Shown here piece by piece: positions 56,312 through 64,000 of a stretch of DNA of 64,000 bases. The position numbers were made by a program, and so were the translations under genes. The notes under the pieces were generated by a model that was given only the letters and a program-made list of their open reading frames with translations, ran no database searches and was not told where the DNA came from. Numbering within the stretch: position 1 is the first letter of the stretch; each line of letters opens with the position of its first letter. Source of the stretch: Candidatus Marinacidobacterium sp. (GTDB taxonomy: Bacteria; Acidobacteriota; Vicinamibacteria; Marinacidobacterales; Marinacidobacteraceae); NCBI GenBank assembly GCA_965204755.1, contig OZ242011.1:3296001-3360000 (forward strand), read 5' to 3'.

Positions 56312-57601
56312 GTGGCGGGGGACTCGCCGCGGACCGGGGATTTCGCCGCGCTGGTCGCGCGGCTTCGGGAAGGGGACCGGGCGGCGCTCGCCCGCGCCAT
56401 CACCCGGCTGGAGTCCGGGGAGGAAGAGGCGGCGGTCGCGGCGGGGGGGCTCGCGTGGCCGTCCGACGCGCGGGTGGTCGCGCTCACCGGGCCGCCGGGG
56501 GTGGGGAAGAGCGCGCTCGCCGGCGCGCTGGCCGGAGTGTTCTCCGGGGCGTTCTCCGGGGCGTTCTCCGGGCAGGGCGCGGCGGGAGGGACGGGGGTGC
56601 TGGCGGTGGATCCGACCAGCCCCCGGAGCGGCGGGGCGCTGCTCGGCGACCGGGTGCGTCTCACGCCGCGCCCCGGGGTCTTCTTCCGCAGCATGGCGGC
56701 GCGGACCGGGGCCGGGGGGCTCGCGCCGGAGGTTCCGGGCGCGCTGCGGCTGATGGCGGCGGCGGGGATGACGCGGCTGCTGCTGGAGACCGCGGGCGTG
56801 GGGCAGGGGGACACGGCGGTGACGGGGTTGGCCGATCTCACGCTCGCGCTGACCGCGCCGGGGCTCGGCGACGAGGTGCAGGCGGCGAAGGCCGGACTCT
56901 TCGAGGTCGCGGACTTCGTGGTCGTGAACCAGTGCGACCGGGCGGGCGCGGAGGCGCTGGCCTCGCACTTCCGGGCGCTGCGGACGGCGTCGCCGGGGGG
57001 AACGGGGACGGGGGCGGGCGGGGCTGCGGCGGAGAGCGTGCGGCTGACTTCCGCGACGGAAGGGGACGGGGTGGCGGAGTTGGCGGAGGCGGTCGAGGCC
57101 GCGCTCGCCGCGCGTCCGGCGCGGACACGGGCGCCGGCGGGTTCGGAGGCGGGGGCGGCGCCGTTTCCGGCGTTGCGGCTCCACCATGTGGGGCTCGCGG
57201 CGCGAGACGCCGACCGGGCGGCGGCGCTTTGGAGCGGGTTGCTGGGGCTGCGGGAGACCGGGCGCTACCGCGTGGACGAGTTCGGCGTCCTCGCGGCGTT
57301 CCTCGCCCCGGCGGGCGACGCCGGCGCGGAGGATCCCGGAGGGCTCGTGGAACTCGTCCAACCCGCCGGGGAGCGCGGCGCGGTGGCGAAGTTCCTCGAA
57401 CGGCGCGGGCCGGGGCTCCACCATGTGTGTTTCGAGGTGGCGGACCTGGCGGCGGCGGTCCGGGCGCTGGCGGACCGCGGCGTCCGGCTGGTGGACGAGA
57501 AACCGCGGCGCGGGGCCGGGGGGCATCTCGTGGCCTTCGTCCACCCGGAGAGCGCCGGGGGCGTCCTGCTGGAGTTGAAGCAGGCGGAGCGTCGGGTCTG
57601 A
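56312..57601 (+). CDS. MeaB/ArgK GTPase fused to methylmalonyl-CoA epimerase (VOC fold)
   Basis: GPPGVGKS, AVDPTS..SGGALLGDRVR, ETAGVGQ, VVNQCD; then LHHVGLA, VELVQP, GPGLHHVCFEV, AFVHPESAGGVLLEL; start uncertain. Confidence 0.85.
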   Translation: MAGDSPRTGDFAALVARLREGDRAALARAITRLESGEEEAAVAAGGLAWPSDARVVALTGPPGVGKSALAGALAGVFSGAFSGAFSGQGAAGGTGVLAVDPTSPRSGGALLGDRVRLTPRPGVFFRSMAARTGAGGLAPEVPGALRLMAAAGMTRLLLETAGVGQGDTAVTGLADLTLALTAPGLGDEVQAAKAGLFEVADFVVVNQCDRAGAEALASHFRALRTASPGGTGTGAGGAAAESVRLTSATEGDGVAELAEAVEAALAARPARTRAPAGSEAGAAPFPALRLHHVGLAARDADRAAALWSGLLGLRETGRYRVDEFGVLAAFLAPAGDAGAEDPGGLVELVQPAGERGAVAKFLERRGPGLHHVCFEVADLAAAVRALADRGVRLVDEKPRRGAGGHLVAFVHPESAGGVLLELKQAERRV

Positions 57602-57663
57602 CCCCGGGGCTGACCTGGGGGTGGCGCCCGGCCTTCGCGGCGGCCGTTTCGTAGGATTTCTCG

Positions 57664-58410
57664 ATGGACTGGTTGCGAACGCTCTCCGTCCGCCGGGACC
57701 TCCTGCTCCTCGCCGGGGACGCGGCGATCGCCTACGCGCTGGCGTTCTGGCTCGCGGCGGCGGGATTCGGCTTCGCGCGCTTTCTGCTGCCGCTGCTGCT
57801 CGCGGCGCCGGCGGCCTGGATGCTCTGGCGGTATCTCGCCGCCGGGGACCGCGCCGGCGCGCTCCGGGTCATGTTCGGCTGGGCGGGCGCGCTGATCGTG
57901 CTCGGCTCGCTGGCGATGGCGCTGGCCCCGGAGGCGGCCGCGGGAGCGGTGCTCCGCGGCGAGGCCTACCGCGCCGAGATGATGGCCTGGCTGGCCACCG
58001 GGGAGGGCGCCGAGGGCGACCTCGGCCGCTTCCTCCCGATCCACCTCCGGCGGCTGGCGCTGTTCGTCCCGCTCTCGCTGGCGAGCGGCGGCGCGCTGGG
58101 GCTGGTCATGGGCGCGGGGATGGTGAACTTCATGGACTTCTTCGTCGCGTCCTACGCCGCGGCGTCCACCGGCGTCCCGGCGGCGCTGGCGTGGTTCCCC
58201 TGGGCGCTCTGCCGGGTGGCCGCCTTCGTGATCCTCGGCGTGCTGTGCGCGGAACCCCTCGTCCGCCGCGTCCGGCGGCTCTCCGGGCCGCCCGCGCCGG
58301 GGCGGGCGCGGCTGGCGTGGGTCGCCGCCGGCCTGCTCTTCGCGGACATCGCGCTCAAGGCCGCGCTGGCCCCGGTCTGGGGCCGCTTCCTCGGCAGTTT
58401 CCTCGACTGA
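57664..58410 (+). CDS. hypothetical multi-pass membrane protein
   Basis: several hydrophobic helices; TAGGAT 6 nt before the ATG. Confidence 0.7.
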   Translation: MDWLRTLSVRRDLLLLAGDAAIAYALAFWLAAAGFGFARFLLPLLLAAPAAWMLWRYLAAGDRAGALRVMFGWAGALIVLGSLAMALAPEAAAGAVLRGEAYRAEMMAWLATGEGAEGDLGRFLPIHLRRLALFVPLSLASGGALGLVMGAGMVNFMDFFVASYAAASTGVPAALAWFPWALCRVAAFVILGVLCAEPLVRRVRRLSGPPAPGRARLAWVAAGLLFADIALKAALAPVWGRFLGSFLD

Positions 58411-58449
58411 CGCTCCCCGCCGCCCGCCCTCCCGCTCACGCCCCGGCGG

Positions 58450-58524
58450 TGGTGGGCGATGCAGGATTTGAACCTGCGACTTCTACCGTGTGAAGGTAGC
58501 ACTCTTCCGCTGAGTTAATCGCCC
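58450..58524 (-). tRNA. tRNA-Val(CAC)
   Basis: GGGCGAT acceptor stem, anticodon arm CTACC-TTCACAC-GGTAG, GGTTCAAATCC, encoded CCA. Confidence 0.95.
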
Positions 58525-58614
58525 TCGCCGGGAAGAGCGAAAACGCTAGCAATACCGGCGCGAACGGTCAACACGCCGGCGCCGCACCGCTCCCGCTCCA
58601 CGGAGGAACACCCC

Positions 58615-58980
58615 ATGGCCATGGCCGACCCCGCCCATCCCGGAGAGATCCTCCGCGAGGAGATCCTTCCGGCGTACGGACTCACGGCCGGCGCGGCGGC
58701 GAACGCGCTCGGCGTGACGCGCCCGGCCCTGTCCCGAGTTCTCGACGGTCGGGCCCGACTCTCCGCCGACCTCGCGCTGCGGTGCGAAAAGGCCTTCGGC
58801 GTTTCCATGGACTTGCTGCTGCGCATCCAGACCGCGCGGGACATCGCCGATGCGAGGAAGCGCGAGTCCGAAGTCACCGTGTCGCGCTACGCTCCGGCGG
58901 CCGGAGACGCCGCGGAATCCGGCCCCGACTCGCCCGCGTCCCGAGCGCGGCGCGTCATCGCCTTCGATGAACCGCGTTGA
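58615..58980 (+). CDS. HigA family antitoxin (XRE HTH)
   Basis: PAHPGEILREE...AANALGVTRPALSRVLDGR..LSADLALR.EKAFG. Confidence 0.88.
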   Translation: MAMADPAHPGEILREEILPAYGLTAGAAANALGVTRPALSRVLDGRARLSADLALRCEKAFGVSMDLLLRIQTARDIADARKRESEVTVSRYAPAAGDAAESGPDSPASRARRVIAFDEPR

Positions 58981-59002
58981 CCTCCGGGAGGCCCATCCAA
59001 CC

Positions 59003-59260
59003 ATGCCCATGTTCAACCCGCCGCGCACCGGTGATTTCGTCGAGCGGGAGATCGTCGAGGCGCGCGGCCTGACGGTTACCCGCGCCGCCGAAGAGATGGG
59101 CGTATCCCGGACGACGCTCTCGGCGTTCCTGAACGGCCGTACCCGCCTCTCCGAGGACTTGGCTCTGCGGATCGAAAGGGCGTTCGGCGTCCGCAGCGCC
59201 ACCCTGCTGCGGATGCAGCGCGCCTGGGACACCGCCCCGGCGCGCCGGCGCCGGCGGTAG
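59003..59260 (+). CDS. second HigA family antitoxin
   Basis: MPMFNPPRTGDFV...LTVTRAAEEMGVSRTTLSAFLNGR..LSEDLALRIERAFG. Confidence 0.85.
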   Translation: MPMFNPPRTGDFVEREIVEARGLTVTRAAEEMGVSRTTLSAFLNGRTRLSEDLALRIERAFGVRSATLLRMQRAWDTAPARRRRR

Positions 59261-59347
59261 TTCCCGCCACCGAGAAGACAGAGACGGGCGCCATCTCGGT
59301 AGCGCCCGCCTCCGGTGTCGGTAGTGACGCCTGTGGAGGGGGAGCCG

Positions 59348-60418
59348 TCAGTCGGAGTCCTCGACGAACTGCTGAAGGAAGCCGCGGTGGAGGCGAGCCA
59401 CGCGTTCCACGAAGTCGTCCATGCGACCGGGGTCTTCGGGAAACGCGATTGCACCGATCGTCATTTCATGGCCCGACCTCGAACGGAAGTCGCGTTGCTG
59501 CAGGTCGCCGATCTCGTCCGCCAGTCGGCGAAAGTTGGGCTGGTGCTCTTTCCGTACTCGCTGGGGATCGCCGCCCAAGCGCATCAAACGCAGCGGCTTC
59601 CCGGCATCTATGCGCCAGAACAGTCCACGGTCACCCTCGAAGAACAAGAAGACATACTGTGTCCACGGGTTTCCGGAACTCGTGCCCTTCTTCACTCCGT
59701 TCCAGTGCCTCGGCTGCGGCCTTTCGGCGGGTACGAGTTTCTGGAGACGGAGCATGAACTCCCACTGGACATGGGCGTGCCCCATCTTCCAAGACTGGAG
59801 GGCTTCGGTGCGGTCGGTAACGATGCGGCGCAGGTTCTCCTCGTACTGTCGCAAGACTTCGTCGTTTCGTACGGCGTCCTGACCGTGGAGAAAGCGAAGA
59901 AAGTCGTCAGCCGTCACGATGGAGTAGTGATTCGCTTCGACATTCTCGCGCTCGTTGCTGTAGATGTAGCCGGTCTTCAGGTAGATCGGCTTGATGAAGT
60001 CTTCGGGTTTGCTGTCGGTCCTGACCGCATCCAGATACCGCGCCAGTTGGTTGCTGTGTGCTCCGGTGCCGGTCTTGTCCTCGATGAGGAAAGTGACCAT
60101 CTTGCCGTCGACTCTCGCTTGGAAGAAGACATCGATCTTGTCGCGGCGCCCTCGGGGGGCGTACTGCATCTCGAGACTCTCGACCGTGCCGATCTCGAAG
60201 TTTCCCGAGTGTCGAGCGGGCTCCCCGCTCCCGGGTGCGATTACGGGGACGGAGGACTCGTTCGGCTCGGCGCCGGCGCGAAACAGGAACCGCACGAAGT
60301 TCCGGCCGAACTTCTGGAGCGAGGCGGACGCATCCCGAGCGGATGCGTAGGCCACCAAGTAGCAGAGAAAGGCGTCTTGGGACAGTTCTTTCTTCGCGAA
60401 AGAGAAGATGTTGGGCAT
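59348..60418 (-). CDS. PD-(D/E)XK nuclease superfamily protein (PDDEXK_4-like)
   Basis: NIFSFAKKELSQDAFLCYL, KIDVFF...LIEDKT....HSNQLARY; lower GC than neighbours. Confidence 0.8.
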   Translation of the reverse strand: MPNIFSFAKKELSQDAFLCYLVAYASARDASASLQKFGRNFVRFLFRAGAEPNESSVPVIAPGSGEPARHSGNFEIGTVESLEMQYAPRGRRDKIDVFFQARVDGKMVTFLIEDKTGTGAHSNQLARYLDAVRTDSKPEDFIKPIYLKTGYIYSNERENVEANHYSIVTADDFLRFLHGQDAVRNDEVLRQYEENLRRIVTDRTEALQSWKMGHAHVQWEFMLRLQKLVPAERPQPRHWNGVKKGTSSGNPWTQYVFLFFEGDRGLFWRIDAGKPLRLMRLGGDPQRVRKEHQPNFRRLADEIGDLQQRDFRSRSGHEMTIGAIAFPEDPGRMDDFVERVARLHRGFLQQFVEDSD

Positions 60419-60796
60419 GTTGCGTCGACCTCAGCGACGGGAGCCGCGCCTGATCGCGCGGCTTCGGGTTCGGGGACTCGGGAGGCCGCCGCCGTTTCGG
60501 CAGCGACACATGAGCGCGCGGCGAGCGCGACCGTTCGGGTGCTCGTCGGGCGCGGGGCGAAGAACGGCGTCGTCCGCGGGGAATCGCTGCGGGACGCAGC
60601 GGGCGGGTAGCGCCGGGCGGCGCCGCGAGTTGAGCGGCCGCCGTTCGGTCGGCGCCGGAGTCAGGCGGACTCGGGCGCCGATCCAATCACATGGATTTCG
60701 GGGGGGGGGGGGGGCGTTCAAGGAAGCGGGCGGAGCCTACCAGACCGCGCGGTGGCCGGCGGCGGGGCGCAGCCGGAGGCGCCGGCGCTCGGGAGC

Positions 60797-61238
60797 AAAG
60801 ACACAGGCTCCACCAAAGACACAGGCTCGGCGGTCGAAAAACACAGGCTGGAGACACAGGCTCCACGAAAGACACAGGTTCCGCGAAAGACACAGGTTCC
60901 GCGAAAGACACAGGCTCGGCTCCGCGAAGAACACAGGCTCCGCCGCGTCCGGCGGGGTCGGGGGATTCCGCGCGTGGTCGGTGTCGGTGCGGATCGAACC
61001 CCCCTTCCGTCCGCCGTACGGCCGGATCGACTGCCCGGCGCAGGCTCCCCGCGCCCGGATGCGCCCCTTCGGGCGCTGGAACTTATAAAATCAATAAATA
61101 CAAGGACTTAGGAGCGAAAGACACAGGCTCCCAGCCTAAAGACACAGGCTTGAGACACAGGCTTCCGACCAAAGACACAGGCTCGGCGGTCGAAAAACAC
61201 AGGCTAAAGACACAGGCTCCGCGAAAGACACAGGCTCC
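60797..61238. repeat. two clusters (8+7) of (AAAG)ACACAGG(C/T)T direct repeats with an AT-rich segment just before the second cluster
   Basis: ACACAGG at 60801, 60819, 60841, 60854, 60872, 60890, 60908, 60931, 61121, 61142, 61155, 61175, 61197, 61210, 61228. Confidence 0.85.
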
Positions 61239-61265
61239 CGCCGGAGCGCTTCTCGTCGCGGGGCG

Positions 61266-62681
61266 TCAGAAAGTCTCCACCTTCATCATGTTGGTGGCGC
61301 CGCTCAACTGGGTGGCGCCGCAGACGACGACCACGCGGTCGCCGGGGGCGACCAGGCGTTCCGACCGCAGCCGTTCGAGGGCGCCGCTCAGCATCGCGTC
61401 GGTGGAGCGGAAGCGGCGGTTGCGCATCGGGCGGACGCCGTAGCGGAGGGCGAGGCGGCGGAACACCCGGTCCGAAGTGGTGAAACCCAGGATGCCGCAG
61501 GGCGGGCGCATCCGGCTCACATGGCGCACGGTCGCGCCGGAGTCGGTGAACGCCACGATGTACGCCGCGTCGATCTCCGCCGCCGCTTCGCGCGCCGCCG
61601 CCGAGATGGCGTGCTCGATCCGGCTGCGGTCGATGTGCGCGTGGTGGTGTTCCTGTTCGCCGAAGTCGGCGTGCTGCTCGGTGAACGAGGCCAGCCGCTC
61701 GAGCGTGCGCACCGCTTCGATCGGGTACTTGCCGACCGAGGTCTCGCCGGAGAGCATCACCGCGTCGCTCCCGTCGAGGATGGCGTTCGCCACATCGGAC
61801 GCCTCGGCGCGCGTCGGCATGGGATGCGAAATCATCGAGTCGAGCATCTGGGTGGCGGTGATCGCGATCTTCCCCCGCGCGTTCGCCCGGCGGATCACAT
61901 GCTTCTGGACCACGGGCACGCGCTCGGAGGAGGTCTCCACCCCGAGGTCCCCGCGCGCCACCATGACCCCGTCGGACGCCTTGAGGATGTCCTCGAGGTT
62001 CTCGAGCGCCTCCGGCCGTTCGACTTTGGCGATGATCGGCCGGTCGGCCGCGCCGAGCCGGTCGAGCAGCGCGCGAACCTGCTTCACATCCTTCGACTTG
62101 CGGACGAAGGACACCGCGAGGAAGTCCACTCCGGCCGCCACCGCGGCCTTCAGGTCGGCGCGGTCCTTGACGGTGAGCGACCGCCCGGAGAGCGGGACGC
62201 CCGGCAGGTTGAGCCCCTTGCGCGACAGGAGCCGGCCGCCGACGACCACTTCGGTCTCCACATCGGTGTCGCCGCTGCTGACGACATGCAGCCGGAGCAG
62301 CCCGTCGTCGAGCAGGATCGCGTCGCCGGGCCGGACATCCCGCGCCAGGTGCGAGTAGGTCGTCGAGACCGCCTCCGCGCTCCCCTGCACCTTCCGGGTG
62401 GTCAGGACGAAGCGCGAGCCGGGGGTGAGTTCGACGCCGCCTTCGGGGACTTCCCCGGTGCGCATCTTGGGCCCGGCGAGGTCGGCGACGGTGGCGACCG
62501 CCCGGTCGTGCTGCTTCGCGGCGCGGCGGACCGCGCGGACCCGGGCGGCGAGGCTGCCGGCGGTTTCGTGCGCGCAGTTCAGGCGGGCGGCGTCCATTCC
62601 GGCTTCCACCAGCGCGGACACCTCCGCCGGCTTCACGGTGGCCGGGCCGAGCGTGGCGATGATCTTGGTGCGCCGGAGCAT
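61266..62681 (-). CDS. pyk: pyruvate kinase
   Basis: RRTKIIATLGP, DLAGPKMR, IIAKVER, MVARGDLGVE, TATQMLDSM, DAVMLSGET. Confidence 0.96.
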   Translation of the reverse strand: MLRRTKIIATLGPATVKPAEVSALVEAGMDAARLNCAHETAGSLAARVRAVRRAAKQHDRAVATVADLAGPKMRTGEVPEGGVELTPGSRFVLTTRKVQGSAEAVSTTYSHLARDVRPGDAILLDDGLLRLHVVSSGDTDVETEVVVGGRLLSRKGLNLPGVPLSGRSLTVKDRADLKAAVAAGVDFLAVSFVRKSKDVKQVRALLDRLGAADRPIIAKVERPEALENLEDILKASDGVMVARGDLGVETSSERVPVVQKHVIRRANARGKIAITATQMLDSMISHPMPTRAEASDVANAILDGSDAVMLSGETSVGKYPIEAVRTLERLASFTEQHADFGEQEHHHAHIDRSRIEHAISAAAREAAAEIDAAYIVAFTDSGATVRHVSRMRPPCGILGFTTSDRVFRRLALRYGVRPMRNRRFRSTDAMLSGALERLRSERLVAPGDRVVVVCGATQLSGATNMMKVETF

Positions 62682-62717
62682 GGGGTCGGCTGTGTCCCTT
62701 CGGTGGAGCGGCGGGCG

Positions 62718-64000
62718 TCAGGCGGTGGGCGCCGCTTCGTCCCCGTTGTCGTTACCGCCGCCGTCGTCGCTGCCGTCGTCCCCGGCTGTCGGTTCGTCGT
62801 CGGCGGTCGGCTCGTCGTCGGCGGTCGGGGAGGGCGGCTTCGGTGACGCCGGCGGGGCGACCACGGTCAGCAGGATCTTCAGTCCGGCGAGCAGCGAGCC
62901 GCCGAAGGTGCCGGAGATCTTGGAGCGGCCGACCCGGCGGCGGCAGGAAACCGGCACCTCGGCGGCGCAGACCCGGGCGCGCGCCGACTTCACCTGCATC
63001 TCCGCCGTCCAGCCGTAGTCCGGGTCGCGCATCCCGAGCGCCAGCAGCGTCTGCCAGCGGATCGCCCGGAACGGGCCCAGGTCGGTGAACCGGTAGCCGT
63101 AGAGCAGTCGGATGAGCGCCGCGGCGAAGCGGTTGCCCCAGCGGGCGTGGACCGGGTGGGCGCCGGGCTCCATCTCGCCCCGGATCCGGGATCCGATGAC
63201 CAGGTCGAAACCGATGGCGCCGCCGCCCTCCGGCCCCGGCCCGAGCGGCGCCGAGGCGTCGAAGGCGCGGTCGGCCGGCAGCGGGAGCGCCGGCAGCGGT
63301 TCCCCGGACTCCTCGGACATGGCGCGCGTTTCCGGTCGGGGTTCGCCGGCGGATTCCGGGGCCTCTCCGGTAACGGTGTCCGTTCGGGGCGCGGGTGACT
63401 CGGGCGTCGGTGCGGTCCGTGGCGCGGGGCCGCCGCTCGGCGGGGTCTCCGCCTCGGCGGCCGTCCCGGCCTCCGGCTCGTCCGCCGGCTCCTCCTCCGA
63501 TGCGGTCTCGGCCCCGGCGTCCGGCGTCGCTTCGGACTCCGCCGCCGTCCCGGCGTCCGGCGCCGCCGGGGAGGCGCCGTCGTCGTCGGCAACGGGCGGT
63601 TCGCCGCCGTCCGGGACGACCGCGGATGCCGGCGACGCCGGCCGCGGCCCCGCGAACGGCGCGGTCCCGGCGGCCGGCCGCGCGGCGGCGGGCCGACGCT
63701 CGGCGGAGTCGGCGTAGGAACGGCGGAGCGGGGCGAGCAGGGCGTCCAACTCCGTCGGGTCGTCGCTTCCGTCGGCGTCGAGGAACACGACGACCTCCGG
63801 GCGCTCTTCCTCCGGCGCTTCCGCCAGCCGGGCGATTCCGGCGAGACAGGCCCGGCCGTAGCCGCGCCGGGGCTCGGGCACCACGGTCGCGCCGAACCGG
63901 CGCGCGACCTCCCCGGTGCCGTCCGAGGAGCCGTTGTCCACCACGACGACTTCCGTCAACCGCTCCATCGGCAGCGCGGAGAGCGTCCGCTCCAGTCCCT
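62718..64000 (-). CDS. glycosyltransferase family 2 (5' end beyond the window) with a long low-complexity insertion
   Basis: VVVDNGSSDGT, RGYGRAC, FLDADGSD, DLVIGSR, TDLGPFRAI, RRVGRSKISGT. Confidence 0.88.
   Translation of the reverse strand, partial: GLERTLSALPMERLTEVVVVDNGSSDGTGEVARRFGATVVPEPRRGYGRACLAGIARLAEAPEEERPEVVVFLDADGSDDPTELDALLAPLRRSYADSAERRPAAARPAAGTAPFAGPRPASPASAVVPDGGEPPVADDDGASPAAPDAGTAAESEATPDAGAETASEEEPADEPEAGTAAEAETPPSGGPAPRTAPTPESPAPRTDTVTGEAPESAGEPRPETRAMSEESGEPLPALPLPADRAFDASAPLGPGPEGGGAIGFDLVIGSRIRGEMEPGAHPVHARWGNRFAAALIRLLYGYRFTDLGPFRAIRWQTLLALGMRDPDYGWTAEMQVKSARARVCAAEVPVSCRRRVGRSKISGTFGGSLLAGLKILLTVVAPPASPKPPSPTADDEPTADDEPTAGDDGSDDGGGNDNGDEAAPTA

Noticed and set aside
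60797-61238. CRISPR array or repeat protein (KDTGS/KTQAP ORFs)
   Set aside because: Repeats are only ~12 nt with no unique spacers. Spacings of 13, 20, 22 and 23 nt break any single reading frame.

Overview
Very GC-rich bacterial chromosomal window. The VWA protein at 20469 resembles the Acidobacteria-type VWFA family, so the host may be Acidobacteriota (inference only). Housekeeping and metabolic content: uracil-DNA glycosylase, methylmalonyl-CoA mutase large subunit, RlpA, a SorAB-like sulfite dehydrogenase, MscS, apt, a cystathionine synthase/lyase, a form II coxSLM-DEF cluster, an ABC permease-lipocalin operon, acyl-CoA dehydrogenase, a MeaB-epimerase fusion, pyk, tRNA-Arg(CCT) and tRNA-Val(CAC). 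Accessory material: the end of a Lamassu/ABC-3C-like operon at the left edge; a ~14-kb defence-like island (21.5-35.5 kb); an IS1634-family element with a ~600-bp flanking duplication; and a small HigA/HigA/PD-(D/E)XK islet beside a 15-copy ACACAGG repeat region. The best candidate for an undescribed system is at 21560-23484: four ~70-nt structured elements with compensatory base pairs, each behind its own -10 box (three with a -35 at 17 nt spacing), directly upstream of a NYN/PIN-fold ribonuclease gene. This suggests an RNA-associated NYN nuclease module reminiscent of type III toxin-antitoxin systems. All protein family calls come from motif recognition by eye, not database searches.
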